Assembly: GCA_050013255.1 (NCBI GenBank)
Contig: JBEKFP010000002.1
Span: 128,001-192,000, forward strand
Source: Candidatus Bathyarchaeia archaeon
Lineage (GTDB): Archaea > Thermoproteota > Bathyarchaeia > 40CM-2-53-6
Length of the DNA: 64,000 nt
Direction: 5' to 3'
A program made the position numbers and the translations under genes. Position 1 is the first letter of the stretch. Every line of letters begins with the position of its first letter. The notes under the pieces are model-generated. The model did not search any database. It had not been told where the DNA came from and saw only the letters and a program-made list of their open reading frames with translations. Shown here one piece after another: positions 19,560 through 29,509 of the stretch.

Positions 19560-20375
19560 TCAAATAATCTTATGGAAAAGGTCCATTCGCTTTCCTAGAG
19601 TTAGCTTCCTCGACAAACCAGACTGCTCGGCCCTGTGAAGGCGGGGTAACCCTCTAACAATCGCGACGGGTATTCGCTCAGTCCCCTGCCCCATAACCAG
19701 CTCAGCTGCAGCCGCAACCTCATCCGCCAAACCAACGAACTTGTACCTTAACTGGTAACCAAAAATGTCCTCTAGGCCTCGATAATCGACGATAGGTTCC
19801 AAACCTGAAACTCCGATGGCGAACTCCACCTGGCCAACCCGAAATGGGCGGCTGTACGTGTCGGCAACGATCACCGCCAGCTTCCTTCCAGACAAAGCCT
19901 CAAGCTTAGCTCTAATTCTCTTAGCTGATGAATCTGAATTCTTCGGAAGCCTAGCATACCCGAGGCGCCCCTTCACATTCGACTTGTCAACACCCGCATT
20001 CACACACACCGTCCCGTCCTTCCTCTCAACGACTAGAGCTTCCCCGTCGGCACGCAAAACCCGTCGCGTATCCATCAGGATTAATTCAACAAGCCTTGCA
20101 TCTTTACCAGTCTTCCGGGACAGTGCCCGAGCTCTGCCACTTGGCCTAATCGTTGAAATGTCAACTTCAAGCCCCTCTGCCTTAGAGACTATCTTCTGAG
20201 AAACAACTATAACGTCACCATCAACAAATCCCAAATTCGCGTTTTTCGCAGCGCCGAATATGCTTTCGCCAACATCGTCGCCTGGTTTCACTAAACCGAT
20301 CCTTTCTAAGCCTATGACTGAAAGTGCTCGGGTCATTTCTCGCACCTTAACCTTTCTGGGAACTGTGAGTTCCAA
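19560..20375 (-). CDS. cofE: Coenzyme F420-0:L-glutamate ligase
   Basis: KIVSKAEG, NAGVDKSN, IVADTYSRPFR and ADEVAAAAELVMGQG. Confidence 0.9.
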   Translation of the reverse strand: MELTVPRKVKVREMTRALSVIGLERIGLVKPGDDVGESIFGAAKNANLGFVDGDVIVVSQKIVSKAEGLEVDISTIRPSGRARALSRKTGKDARLVELILMDTRRVLRADGEALVVERKDGTVCVNAGVDKSNVKGRLGYARLPKNSDSSAKRIRAKLEALSGRKLAVIVADTYSRPFRVGQVEFAIGVSGLEPIVDYRGLEDIFGYQLRYKFVGLADEVAAAAELVMGQGTERIPVAIVRGLPRLHRAEQSGLSRKLTLGKRMDLFHKII

Positions 20376-20492
20376 CTGCGACAGCTATACTTGTTGCTTA
20401 AATAACGTATGACCATTTCGCGCAAAACGCACCCACAAAAAACCTACAAGGGTTGATCCAACTGGCCAAAATCGCTTCAGGAGTTCGGTAGC

Positions 20493-22784
20493 TTGTTTGA
20501 AGTGGGCGTAATGACCTTCGAGGGTCTCGTCCCTTGGGCAATTATCGGAATCGCCATAATCAGTTTGCTGTATGCATGGTGGCTCCGCGGGGGAGTTTTG
20601 AAGAAAGACAAAGGGACCCCCAAGATGCAAGAAGTCTGGAACGCCATCCGTGTTGGCGCTGACGCCTACCTGAATCGGCAGCTTCACACAATTCTCCCAC
20701 TCATAGGCATGTTGGCAGTGGCATTATTCTTCACCGTGTATGTGGTCCAACCCACGTCAGAAGCAACCGAAGTGTTCGGAAAGAACGCACAACTCATCGT
20801 AGCGGTCGGCCGCATGCTGGCCTTCATCCTCGGCGCATCATTCAGCCTTATCGTAGGCCAGTATGGAATGCGTATGGCGGTTCAGGCGAATGTTCGTGTT
20901 GCCTCTGCATCCCGACGAAGCTTCAACGAAGCCTTATCCATCGCCTACTACGCCGGGACAATCACCGGAATGCTAACCGACGGCTTAGGCCTTCTTGGTG
21001 GAACTTCAATCTTCATCATATTTGGGAAGGCGGCGCCAGATGCACTGCTCGGGTTCGGTTTCGGCGGCACACTTCTTGCACTTTTCATGCGAGTTGGGGG
21101 CGGAATATACACTAAGGCAGCGGACGTAGGCGCCGACCTTGTTGGAAAAGTGGAGAAGGACATACCCGAAGACGACCCACGTAACGCTGCCGTAGTTGCT
21201 GATTTGGTGGGCGATAACGTGGGCGACTGTGCTGGAATGGCGGCGGACATCTTCGAATCATATGAAGTAACGATTGTTTCAGCATTGATCCTGGGCTTGG
21301 CCGTGTTGGCTTTTGACCCACAACACAGGCTCATGTGGATACTCATCCCACTCATCATCCGCGGCATCGGCGTCATCTCATCTATCCTTGGAACGTTCAC
21401 TGTGCCTATTTGGACTAGGTTCCCCATCAAGTTTCTCAGGGCCAACAATGCAGAAGACGCGATGTTTCGCTCTTACGAGGTTTCTAGCATTAACACCGTT
21501 TTTTGGGCGTTTATTGTTGCGTGGTTCTATGGGAATGATTGGCGTCTCGGAGCACTCGTGGCCATCGGCGTTGGACTTGCGGTAAGCTTCAACCCACTAA
21601 CCTCCTACTTTACTGCCACGGACAAGAATCCAGTCAAGGATATCGTCAAAGCCACCGAGGCCGGACCGGCAACAACAATTCTTTCTGGCCTAGCGAACGG
21701 GTTCGAATCATCCGTCTGGGCACTCTTGTACATAGTCATCAGCTTCGTCCTAGCTGTCCTGCTCTTTCCACCCGAGAACGGTAGTGTCTACACATTGTAC
21801 GCCATAGCGATGATCGGGATTGGCATGCTAAGCCATACCGGTAACAATGTGGCGATGGATTCCTACGGACCAATCAGCGATAACGCCAACGGCATCGGGC
21901 AGATGGCTTGGGAACAATTAGATGATGAGGAGACGAGGAAGGGCCGGCAGATCATGGCGGACCTCGATTCAGTGGGAAACACCACGAAAGCTATCACCAA
22001 AGGAATAGCCATTGCCTCAGCCGTAATTGCTGCCGTGTCACTCTTCGCATCATACATCACGGCCACAGGTCTGCAGACGATTAGCGTCTCAGATATCAGG
22101 GTCTTCATAGGCCTTCTACTGGGAGGCGCGATGCCGTGGCTGTTCAGTTCACTAAACATCCGAGCCGTCTCGAGGGCAGCCAAAATGATAGTTGAGGAGG
22201 TTCGGCGGCAGTTCCGAATCCCAGGCGTTATGGAGGGTAAAGTGCTTCCGGACTACCGTGAGGTTGTAGGTATCTCTACAGCTGCCGCGCAGAAAGAGCT
22301 GATACCCTTGGCAGTCATAGCGTTGAGCATCCCCATCTCTGTGGGTCTGATGTTGGGCGTTGAAGCGTTGGGTGGTTTCTTGGCCGGTATCATTGTGTCG
22401 GGGCAACTGCTAGCTGTTTTCATGGCCAATGCCGGCGGAGCTTGGGATAATGCGAAAAAGACGATCGAGGATGAGCCACGCGATTTGGCCGCGAATACCG
22501 GCAAGGGCAGTGATCGCCACAAAGCCAGTGTGGTTGGAGACACGGTTGGCGATCCACTGAAGGATACCGCCGGCCCAGCTTTGAATCCCATGATCAAAGT
22601 CGTCAATCTAGTCTCCCTAATCATAGCACCAATCATCGTCGCCGCCAAGACGAGTTGGGCAACTTTTGTTGTCGCTTTGTTACTAATCGCCGCTGCGTCC
22701 TGGGCCCTTTGGCGCAGCAAACATGACGTCTCACTGGAAGAGAAAGCTAGAACTAAAAGTTCAAACATGCCCGACTCAGTCTAG
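20493..22784 (+). CDS. hppA: Membrane-bound pyrophosphatase, predicted K+-independent H+-PPase
   Basis: GGGIYTKAADVGADLVGKVE, DNVGDCAG, GNTTKA, AWDNAKK and GDTVGDPLKDTAGP. Confidence 0.95.
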   Translation: MFEVGVMTFEGLVPWAIIGIAIISLLYAWWLRGGVLKKDKGTPKMQEVWNAIRVGADAYLNRQLHTILPLIGMLAVALFFTVYVVQPTSEATEVFGKNAQLIVAVGRMLAFILGASFSLIVGQYGMRMAVQANVRVASASRRSFNEALSIAYYAGTITGMLTDGLGLLGGTSIFIIFGKAAPDALLGFGFGGTLLALFMRVGGGIYTKAADVGADLVGKVEKDIPEDDPRNAAVVADLVGDNVGDCAGMAADIFESYEVTIVSALILGLAVLAFDPQHRLMWILIPLIIRGIGVISSILGTFTVPIWTRFPIKFLRANNAEDAMFRSYEVSSINTVFWAFIVAWFYGNDWRLGALVAIGVGLAVSFNPLTSYFTATDKNPVKDIVKATEAGPATTILSGLANGFESSVWALLYIVISFVLAVLLFPPENGSVYTLYAIAMIGIGMLSHTGNNVAMDSYGPISDNANGIGQMAWEQLDDEETRKGRQIMADLDSVGNTTKAITKGIAIASAVIAAVSLFASYITATGLQTISVSDIRVFIGLLLGGAMPWLFSSLNIRAVSRAAKMIVEEVRRQFRIPGVMEGKVLPDYREVVGISTAAAQKELIPLAVIALSIPISVGLMLGVEALGGFLAGIIVSGQLLAVFMANAGGAWDNAKKTIEDEPRDLAANTGKGSDRHKASVVGDTVGDPLKDTAGPALNPMIKVVNLVSLIIAPIIVAAKTSWATFVVALLLIAAASWALWRSKHDVSLEEKARTKSSNMPDSV

Positions 22785-22888
22785 CGAAAACGGAAACATC
22801 TATTCGAATCTTTACAGTTCCCCGGTTCACTTAAATAACGAAACAACTTCCTATGCGAGGTTTGCTTCGCGCGAAAGAGGAATAATGC

Positions 22889-24958
22889 TTGCTAATTGAT
22901 TACGTCTTCGTAGTCAGCGCTCTTTCACTTGGCGTGGCCGGTTACGTTGTCACCTGGATAATGAAACAGGACACTGGAACCGCGAGGATGAGGGAGATTT
23001 CTAACGCTATCAAAGACGGTGCCGAAGCATATCTCTCGCGTCAGTACAGAACCATCAGCATAATCGCCATAATTGCGACTATTTTGATGGCGTTTGGCAT
23101 CCGGGATCCTAAGAACGCTTGGCTCGGTGTCGATACTGCCGGCGGCTTCCTCCTCGGCGCGGTATGCTCCAACCTGGCCGGTTACATCGCGATGTACATC
23201 TCGGTCCGCTCGAACGTTCGCGCCGCGCGGGGTGCGATGAGCAGCCTAGACCGCGCACTGAAGATAGCGTTCCGGGGTGGAATAGTCTTCGGGCTAGCGG
23301 TCGTTTCAATGAGCCTACTCGGAATCTCAACGCTATTCCTTGTTTTCAAAGGCGACCCTCGGCTCATTGTTGGCTTCGGGTTCGGGGCCAGCTTCGCAGC
23401 GCTATTCGCCCAATTGGGAGGGGGTATTTACACCAAGGCTGCCGATATGAGCGCAGACCTTGTCGGGAAAGTAGAATTTGGAATCCCAGAAGATGACCCT
23501 CGCAACCCTGCCGTCATAGCAGACCTGGTCGGGGACAATGTTGGCGACATTGCAGGGCGTGGGGCAGACCTGTTCGAATCTATCACCGCCGAAAACATCG
23601 GTGCTATGATACTTGGCCTAGCACCCGCCGTTTACGCTTTATTTGGGATCAACGGCCTCATATTTCCGCTGTTAGCCAGATCCTTTGGATTGATCGGGAC
23701 AATGGTCGGGTCAATGTTCGTGTATTCCCGAAAGAAGGAAGATCCTTTCACCTCGTTAACTCGAGGCCTAATCATTACTGGCGTCATATCTGCAGGAGGC
23801 TTCTACTTCCTAACAGTTGTGCTACTCAACGGTGAAATGAATTTCTTCTTCGCCGCACTTGTCGGAATTGTTGCGGCGGTACTTGTAGCGTGGATAACTG
23901 ACTACTACACCTCGTACCGAAGAAAGCCCACGCTTGAAATCGCCAGCGCCTCAGAAAGCGGCCCTGCACCTGGAATCGCGACGGGTTTCGCCGTCGGAAT
24001 GGAATCATCTGCACTCTTCATAATTGTAATTGGTGCAGCGATCCTGCTTGCTTTCGCTTTAGGGAACGGCTTCGTTTCGGAAGGCGCGCGGTTAGACCTT
24101 ACCGATCCTGCATTCCAGAAGGGACTCTATGGAACAGCGATAGCAACTATGGGCATGCTTTCCGTCACTCCAATGGTCCTTGCAATGGATGGCTTCGGTC
24201 CCATTACGGACAACGCTGGGGGCATCCTCGAAATGTCCGGCGTTACGGCTAAAGCTAGGGCAATTTCAGACCGCCTTGATTCCGTGGGCAACACGACTAA
24301 GGCGTTGACGAAAGGTTACGGCGTCGCATCAGCCGCACTTTCAGCGTTCCTCCTGTTCAGTGCCTTCCTAGAAGTCGCCGGGTTGAAAGGCGTTGACCTG
24401 TCCAGGCCTGGCGTTTTCACCGGCGCCTTCGTCGGAGCCATGCTAATCTTCTTCTTCAGCTCACTCGCGATCAAAGCAGTCGGAAGAACCTCAGCAGTGA
24501 TGATTCGCGAAATCCGCAGGCAGTTCAAGGAAATGCCCGGCATCATGAAAGGCACCGTTAAGCCTGACTATTCACGTTGCATCGACATCAGCACAAAAGC
24601 GGCGTTGAAGAACATGGTTTACCCAAGCATGCTCATCATCATAGCCCCGATAGTTGTCGGCGTACTTCTCGGTGCAGAAGCAGCAGGCGGGCTTCTAATA
24701 GTGGGCACAGTGGTCGGCGTTCTAATGGCACTGTTCATGAATAATGTCGGCGCCGCCTTGGATAACGCCAAGAAGTACATAGAGGCTGGGCATTTGGGCG
24801 GGAAGGGTTCGCAAGTCCACGCCGCAACCGTGATTGGCGACACGCTAGGCGACCCATTGAAGGATACCGCAGGGCCCTCATTGCACGTCGTAGTAAAGCT
24901 CCTAAACACACTAACCCTCGCACTGGCACCCCTATTCATCTTGGCCCTCTTACACTAA
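22889..24958 (+). CDS. hppA: Second, divergent membrane-bound pyrophosphatase, predicted K+-independent
   Basis: GGGIYTKAADMSADLVGKVE, DNVGDIAGRGADLFES, GNTTKA and GDPLKDTAGPSLH. Confidence 0.93.
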   Translation: MLIDYVFVVSALSLGVAGYVVTWIMKQDTGTARMREISNAIKDGAEAYLSRQYRTISIIAIIATILMAFGIRDPKNAWLGVDTAGGFLLGAVCSNLAGYIAMYISVRSNVRAARGAMSSLDRALKIAFRGGIVFGLAVVSMSLLGISTLFLVFKGDPRLIVGFGFGASFAALFAQLGGGIYTKAADMSADLVGKVEFGIPEDDPRNPAVIADLVGDNVGDIAGRGADLFESITAENIGAMILGLAPAVYALFGINGLIFPLLARSFGLIGTMVGSMFVYSRKKEDPFTSLTRGLIITGVISAGGFYFLTVVLLNGEMNFFFAALVGIVAAVLVAWITDYYTSYRRKPTLEIASASESGPAPGIATGFAVGMESSALFIIVIGAAILLAFALGNGFVSEGARLDLTDPAFQKGLYGTAIATMGMLSVTPMVLAMDGFGPITDNAGGILEMSGVTAKARAISDRLDSVGNTTKALTKGYGVASAALSAFLLFSAFLEVAGLKGVDLSRPGVFTGAFVGAMLIFFFSSLAIKAVGRTSAVMIREIRRQFKEMPGIMKGTVKPDYSRCIDISTKAALKNMVYPSMLIIIAPIVVGVLLGAEAAGGLLIVGTVVGVLMALFMNNVGAALDNAKKYIEAGHLGGKGSQVHAATVIGDTLGDPLKDTAGPSLHVVVKLLNTLTLALAPLFILALLH

Positions 24959-25088
24959 CGCGGGCAGCCATAGTGCTGGTTCGCCCATTGAACCATCGCT
25001 TCAGTATCAAATTCATCACTCCTTAGTTTTCATGTTGCCAAAGAAGGAACCCTATTAAACGGGTGTAATCGTAGCCGTCTCGGCCTTA

Positions 25089-26297
25089 GTGTTGCAAGAG
25101 GTCATGCGGGCTTCGAGAAGGGGGCAAGCGGTCGAATATGCAATTCGCGATATTATGGTTAAGGCAGAGGAAGTCAGGCGAACCGGAAAGAAGATTCTTT
25201 ACTTAAACATAGGCGACCCCGTCAAGTATGGTTTTGAAACACCTCTCCACATCAGGGACGCCTTGAAGAAAGCAGTTGATGCAGGCTCGAATTACTATTC
25301 AGCATCGGAAGGAGTCAAGGGACTACGTGAAGCGGTGGCCGAGAAAGAAAATTCAGTAAACGGGGCTCATGTTGACCCGCGCAATGTTATGATCACTCAG
25401 GGAATTTCTGAAGCAATCTCCTTCCTGATGGGTGCAATCGTCAATCCTGGAGATGAAGTCCTCCTTCCGGGACCATCCTACTCTCCTTACATGACCTACG
25501 TTAAGTTCTTCGACGGAAAAGCAGTCACATACAGAACTATCGAAGATAGAGGCTGGGCCCCTGACCTATCGGATCTAGAGAGTAAGGTAACCGCACGGAC
25601 ACGTCTTATCGTCATTATCAACCCGAGCAATCCCACTGGCGCAGTTTACTCAAGGAATGAATTGTCACGAATCCTAGAAATTGCTGCTTCCCACCACATA
25701 CCGGTAGCGGCCGACGAAATATACGACAGGATCGTCTACGACGGCGGGTTCACCAGCGTCGCCTCCATTGCCAAGGAAGTTCCACTTTTCGGATTGAATG
25801 GGTTTTCGAAAACGTATATGATGACAGGTTGGCGGCTAGGATACCTGTATCTTCAAGACCCGGGAGATGAAATGAGGGATGTTTGGGATGCAGTGCAAAG
25901 AATATCACGTGTACGGTTGTGCGCAAGCACACCTATTCAGTTCGCCGGTATAGAGGCACTCCGAGGGCCTCAAGGACACATAACCGAAATGGTGTCAAAA
26001 CTAAAACGGCGCCGCGATTTATTCTGGAAACGCGCAAACGAAATTCCCGGACTATTCGCAACCAAACCCGCAGGCGCATTCTACCTTTTTCCTAGAATCA
26101 ATGCGATAGGGCATAGATGGAAGAGTGATTATGAATTCGTCACTGAACTTCTGAAGGAAACAGGGGTTCTGGTCGTCCACGGGTCGGGGTTCGACCCAAT
26201 ATACGGCAAAGACCATTTCAGAGCGGTATTCCTCCCTGACGAGACAATTCTAACCGAAGCTTTCGACGCAATTGAGGATTTTATGAAACGGCGCTGA
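25089..26297 (+). CDS. PLP-dependent aminotransferase class I/II (alanine aminotransferase-like)
   Basis: LNIGDP, INPSNPTG, ADEIYD and GFSKTYMMTGWRLG. Confidence 0.92.
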   Translation: MLQEVMRASRRGQAVEYAIRDIMVKAEEVRRTGKKILYLNIGDPVKYGFETPLHIRDALKKAVDAGSNYYSASEGVKGLREAVAEKENSVNGAHVDPRNVMITQGISEAISFLMGAIVNPGDEVLLPGPSYSPYMTYVKFFDGKAVTYRTIEDRGWAPDLSDLESKVTARTRLIVIINPSNPTGAVYSRNELSRILEIAASHHIPVAADEIYDRIVYDGGFTSVASIAKEVPLFGLNGFSKTYMMTGWRLGYLYLQDPGDEMRDVWDAVQRISRVRLCASTPIQFAGIEALRGPQGHITEMVSKLKRRRDLFWKRANEIPGLFATKPAGAFYLFPRINAIGHRWKSDYEFVTELLKETGVLVVHGSGFDPIYGKDHFRAVFLPDETILTEAFDAIEDFMKRR

Positions 26298-26358
26298 CTC
26301 AAATCAATCCTGTAAAGGTTTAATTTGAGTCTTCAACTAGAAAGGTAGGTTTCAAACC

Positions 26359-26535
26359 ATGTCGGAAGAAAGCGAGCAACGGCCCGCCGGCATAATGTAC
26401 GAATGTATAAGCTGCGGACAACACTTAACCGCCGATCAGTTAGCCATGACACCGGAGATTAAATGCCCGTTTTGCGGATACCGAGTCCTCCGTAAGGCCA
26501 GGCCGCCCATCGTGAAACGTGTAAAGGCACGCTGA
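26359..26535 (+). CDS. rpo12: DNA-directed RNA polymerase subunit Rpo12 (RpoP)
   Basis: Not in the ORF track (58 aa). Manual translation: MSEESEQRPAGIMYECISCGQHLTADQLAMTPEIKCPFCGYRVLRKARPPIVKRVKAR*. Confidence 0.92.
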   Translation: MSEESEQRPAGIMYECISCGQHLTADQLAMTPEIKCPFCGYRVLRKARPPIVKRVKAR

Positions 26536-26573
26536 TTTCTTAGGCTCTGACCCTCAAGCCCACCCGGCACAAG

Positions 26574-26894
26574 CTAGTGGGTGTTTGCACCGTGCCCAGT
26601 TGTAGTGGTCTTGTTTCTCATAGTATAACCGACTAAGAAGATTTCAACGATTATGTTACCAATCGCGAACACTAGAGATGAGGTGAGATTGATTGACAGA
26701 ATATACAATCCCAGTAGACAAGCCAAAACCAGGACAAAGAGGAACTCTTTCAACCTAACACGAATTGTTCCACTCTCTGTCGATCGATTCTTTCTTCGGT
26801 GATAAAGGTAGAAACTTACAGCTATCAGGAAGACAGTACACCATGTGATGCTCACAGCCCACACGAAGAGCAGCTCTGAATATTTCATTGTCAT
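26574..26894 (-). CDS. Small membrane protein (about 3 TM)
   Basis: Hydrophobic segments; 5 nt downstream of the P-type ATPase on the same strand. Confidence 0.65.
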   Translation of the reverse strand: MTMKYSELLFVWAVSITWCTVFLIAVSFYLYHRRKNRSTESGTIRVRLKEFLFVLVLACLLGLYILSINLTSSLVFAIGNIIVEIFLVGYTMRNKTTTTGHGANTH

Positions 26895-26899
26895 TCACC

Positions 26900-29509
26900 T
26901 TAGAATTTACAGACCTTGTAGAAGAATACCTTCCCCGCGTCCACGAGAAGAAGATAGGTGGCTACCATTAGCACTAGCAACACCCAAAATTCAGCTGGAA
27001 GAGGCACGAACCCAAGAAAATGACCTAGAAATGTGAAAGGAAGGATCGTCCCAAAAGCCACGGCTGATAATGTCAGAATCGTCAGCCACTTACCGGGCTT
27101 ACTCGTAATGAAAGGTATTCTTCTAGTTCGTATTACGAAGATAACGAGGACCTCGGTCCAGAATGATTCGACAAACCATCCGGTTTGGAATAGAGCGGGG
27201 GCTGCGCCAAATATGAAGAGCATTATGCCGTAGGTTAGGAAGTCGTAGAGAGAACTAAACGGCCCGAAGAATAGCGTGAACTTTCTGACGAAATCGATGT
27301 CCCATCGCTTTGGCAAGTCCTTGTATTCGACGTCAATTTCGTCTGTTGGCAGTGTCATGTTTGCGACATCGTAGAGTAGGTTCATGAACAGGATTTGCAT
27401 TGGAAGCATTGGGAGGAACGGGAGAAACAAAGAAGCCCCCGCGGCGCTGAACATGTTCCCGAAGTTTGAGCTTGTTCCCATCAGAATGTACTTTGTAACG
27501 TTGCCGTAGACCTTCCGCCCTTCTTCGATTCCGTTAGCCAAGACAAGTAGGTCCTTGTCGAGCAGAACGATATCAGCCGTATCTTTTGAAACGTCAACTG
27601 CTGAGTCGACTGATATGCCGACATCCGATTCAAACAGAGCTGGGGCATCGTTGACACCGTCACCCATGAAACCAACAACGTGCTTGTTGACTTTGAGGGC
27701 CTTGATTATGTCGAGCTTCTGCTCGGGAGTTATGCGCGCAAAGATGTTTGCCTCTTCGACTGCCGTCCTTATTTCATTGGATGTCATCTGTGTTAATTCG
27801 GAACCCCGAATCACGCGGTATACCGTAAGTCCTAGCTCTTGACAAACTTTCACGGCGACTAGTTCGTTGTCGCCCGTTAGAATCTTCACGTCAACGCCCA
27901 TTAGTTTTAGTTTGTTCAGTGCTTGGCGGGCGTCTTCTTTCGGCGGGTCGGTGAACGTAATGAAACCTAGAAGAGTGAGTTTGTTTTCTTCATCAACCGA
28001 ATAAGAACTCTTGTTTTCCACAGAGCGGTAGGCCAGAGCGATGGTGCGGTAGCCAGCCTCGGCTTGCTCCGTCAACTTCGGTTCAATCTGAACACGCATG
28101 TGGTCTATGGGTTCGATTCCATTGGGTGTTTCGACTTGCTCGCATCTCGCAAGAACAGATTCTGGCGCTCCCTTAGTAATTAGTAACCTTCCTACTTTGG
28201 TCTGGACCACTGCGGACATCATCCGTCTTTGATAGTCAAATGGGATTTCGTCGATTACAACGTTTGAGTCTGAGTCCTTATGGAATCCCTTTTCGTTCGC
28301 AAATTCCCAGATAGCAGCATCCATTGGGTTGCCTGTAACTTCTCCCAACCCAACCACAGCGCTGTTGCAAAGTAAACCATATTGCAAAATGCGGAGTTCA
28401 GCGGCTCCGAGCGGAGTCCAATAGTCTTTCACGCTGATCTTTCCACTGGTTAGCGTGCCAGTTTTGTCTGTGCATAGAACGTCCATGTTGCCAAAGTCTT
28501 CAATCGACACCTGACGTTTGACGACAACTCTGCGTTTTGCCATATTCCGTGCCGCTTGTGAGAGGCTAATTGTCACAATTGCAGGCATCAGTTCTGGGAC
28601 TAAGCCTACTGCTACTGCCAGCGAGAACAGGAGAGATTCAATAATGGGGTGCCCGATTAGCGCATTTAGGGTGAATATTCCGACGACTAAGGCCAGAGTA
28701 AGAGAGATTAGTAAGTTGCCGTATTTTCGGACGCCTCTTTGGAATTCGGTCTCTGGCCGTGTTCGGGCTAGGCTCCTAGAGATTGATCCAAATTCAGTAT
28801 GTTTTCCTGTTGCTACAACTACACCGCGACCGGTACCATGCGAAACCACCGTGCCCATGAACATGTAGTTAGCTAACTGCTGTGGTGTAGGATTCTGAAC
28901 TTGAAGCGTGGCAAAGTTTTTCTCAACTGGAAAGGACTCCCCTGTTAATACTGCTTCATTGACCTCCAAGTCCTTACAGTCGACTAGTCGTATGTCAGAC
29001 GGGATAATGTCCCCCACGTAGACCGAAACCAAATCGCCTGGAACGAGCAACTTAGAGTCAATTTGTGTCGCTTTTCTATCTCTTATCGCTACCGCCTTCA
29101 GCGACACGGTCTGTCGGAGATGCTCGATGATTTTCTCAGCTTTGTATTCATTATAGAAACCTAACACGACGCTTAGGGCGATAATCGCTACAATGGCAAT
29201 GGATTGTTCGAGTTCGAAGAATCCGGCCACCACTGCGGCGACCAGGAGTATGAAGAGTAACGGGTTCTTGACTTGTCGGATGAGAATCCTCATTGCGCTG
29301 AATGCGTGAGTTGGTAACTCATTAAGGCCGTAAGTCTTGAGCCGAGCCTGAGCTTCCTGTTCTGATAAGCCATTTACACTTGTTTCGAGCTCTCTAAAGA
29401 CGTCTGAAGGTGGGATGGACCAATAGTCCTTGCGGTTGCTCGTCGTTTGCGTATTCGTGTCGGACGTGGCATCCCCACCAGCTGTCCAGCCAGCCGACAC
29501 AGGGGCCAT
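26900..29509 (-). CDS. mgtA: Magnesium-translocating P-type ATPase (P3B, MgtA-like)
   Basis: TGES, AVGLVPELMP, DKTGT, KGAPE, TGDN, GDGVND, SSNFGNMFS, NLLYD and FQTGWFVES. Confidence 0.9.
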   Translation of the reverse strand: MAPVSAGWTAGGDATSDTNTQTTSNRKDYWSIPPSDVFRELETSVNGLSEQEAQARLKTYGLNELPTHAFSAMRILIRQVKNPLLFILLVAAVVAGFFELEQSIAIVAIIALSVVLGFYNEYKAEKIIEHLRQTVSLKAVAIRDRKATQIDSKLLVPGDLVSVYVGDIIPSDIRLVDCKDLEVNEAVLTGESFPVEKNFATLQVQNPTPQQLANYMFMGTVVSHGTGRGVVVATGKHTEFGSISRSLARTRPETEFQRGVRKYGNLLISLTLALVVGIFTLNALIGHPIIESLLFSLAVAVGLVPELMPAIVTISLSQAARNMAKRRVVVKRQVSIEDFGNMDVLCTDKTGTLTSGKISVKDYWTPLGAAELRILQYGLLCNSAVVGLGEVTGNPMDAAIWEFANEKGFHKDSDSNVVIDEIPFDYQRRMMSAVVQTKVGRLLITKGAPESVLARCEQVETPNGIEPIDHMRVQIEPKLTEQAEAGYRTIALAYRSVENKSSYSVDEENKLTLLGFITFTDPPKEDARQALNKLKLMGVDVKILTGDNELVAVKVCQELGLTVYRVIRGSELTQMTSNEIRTAVEEANIFARITPEQKLDIIKALKVNKHVVGFMGDGVNDAPALFESDVGISVDSAVDVSKDTADIVLLDKDLLVLANGIEEGRKVYGNVTKYILMGTSSNFGNMFSAAGASLFLPFLPMLPMQILFMNLLYDVANMTLPTDEIDVEYKDLPKRWDIDFVRKFTLFFGPFSSLYDFLTYGIMLFIFGAAPALFQTGWFVESFWTEVLVIFVIRTRRIPFITSKPGKWLTILTLSAVAFGTILPFTFLGHFLGFVPLPAEFWVLLVLMVATYLLLVDAGKVFFYKVCKF

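Noticed and set aside
19560-20375. cofE as evidence of methanogenesis
   Set aside because: CofE occurs widely in non-methanogenic archaea; no methanogenesis genes are in the window.
20948-24939. Many antisense and alternate-frame ORFs over the mPPase genes (and similar ones elsewhere in the ORF track)
   Set aside because: They are shadows of well-supported genes and have no motifs of their own.
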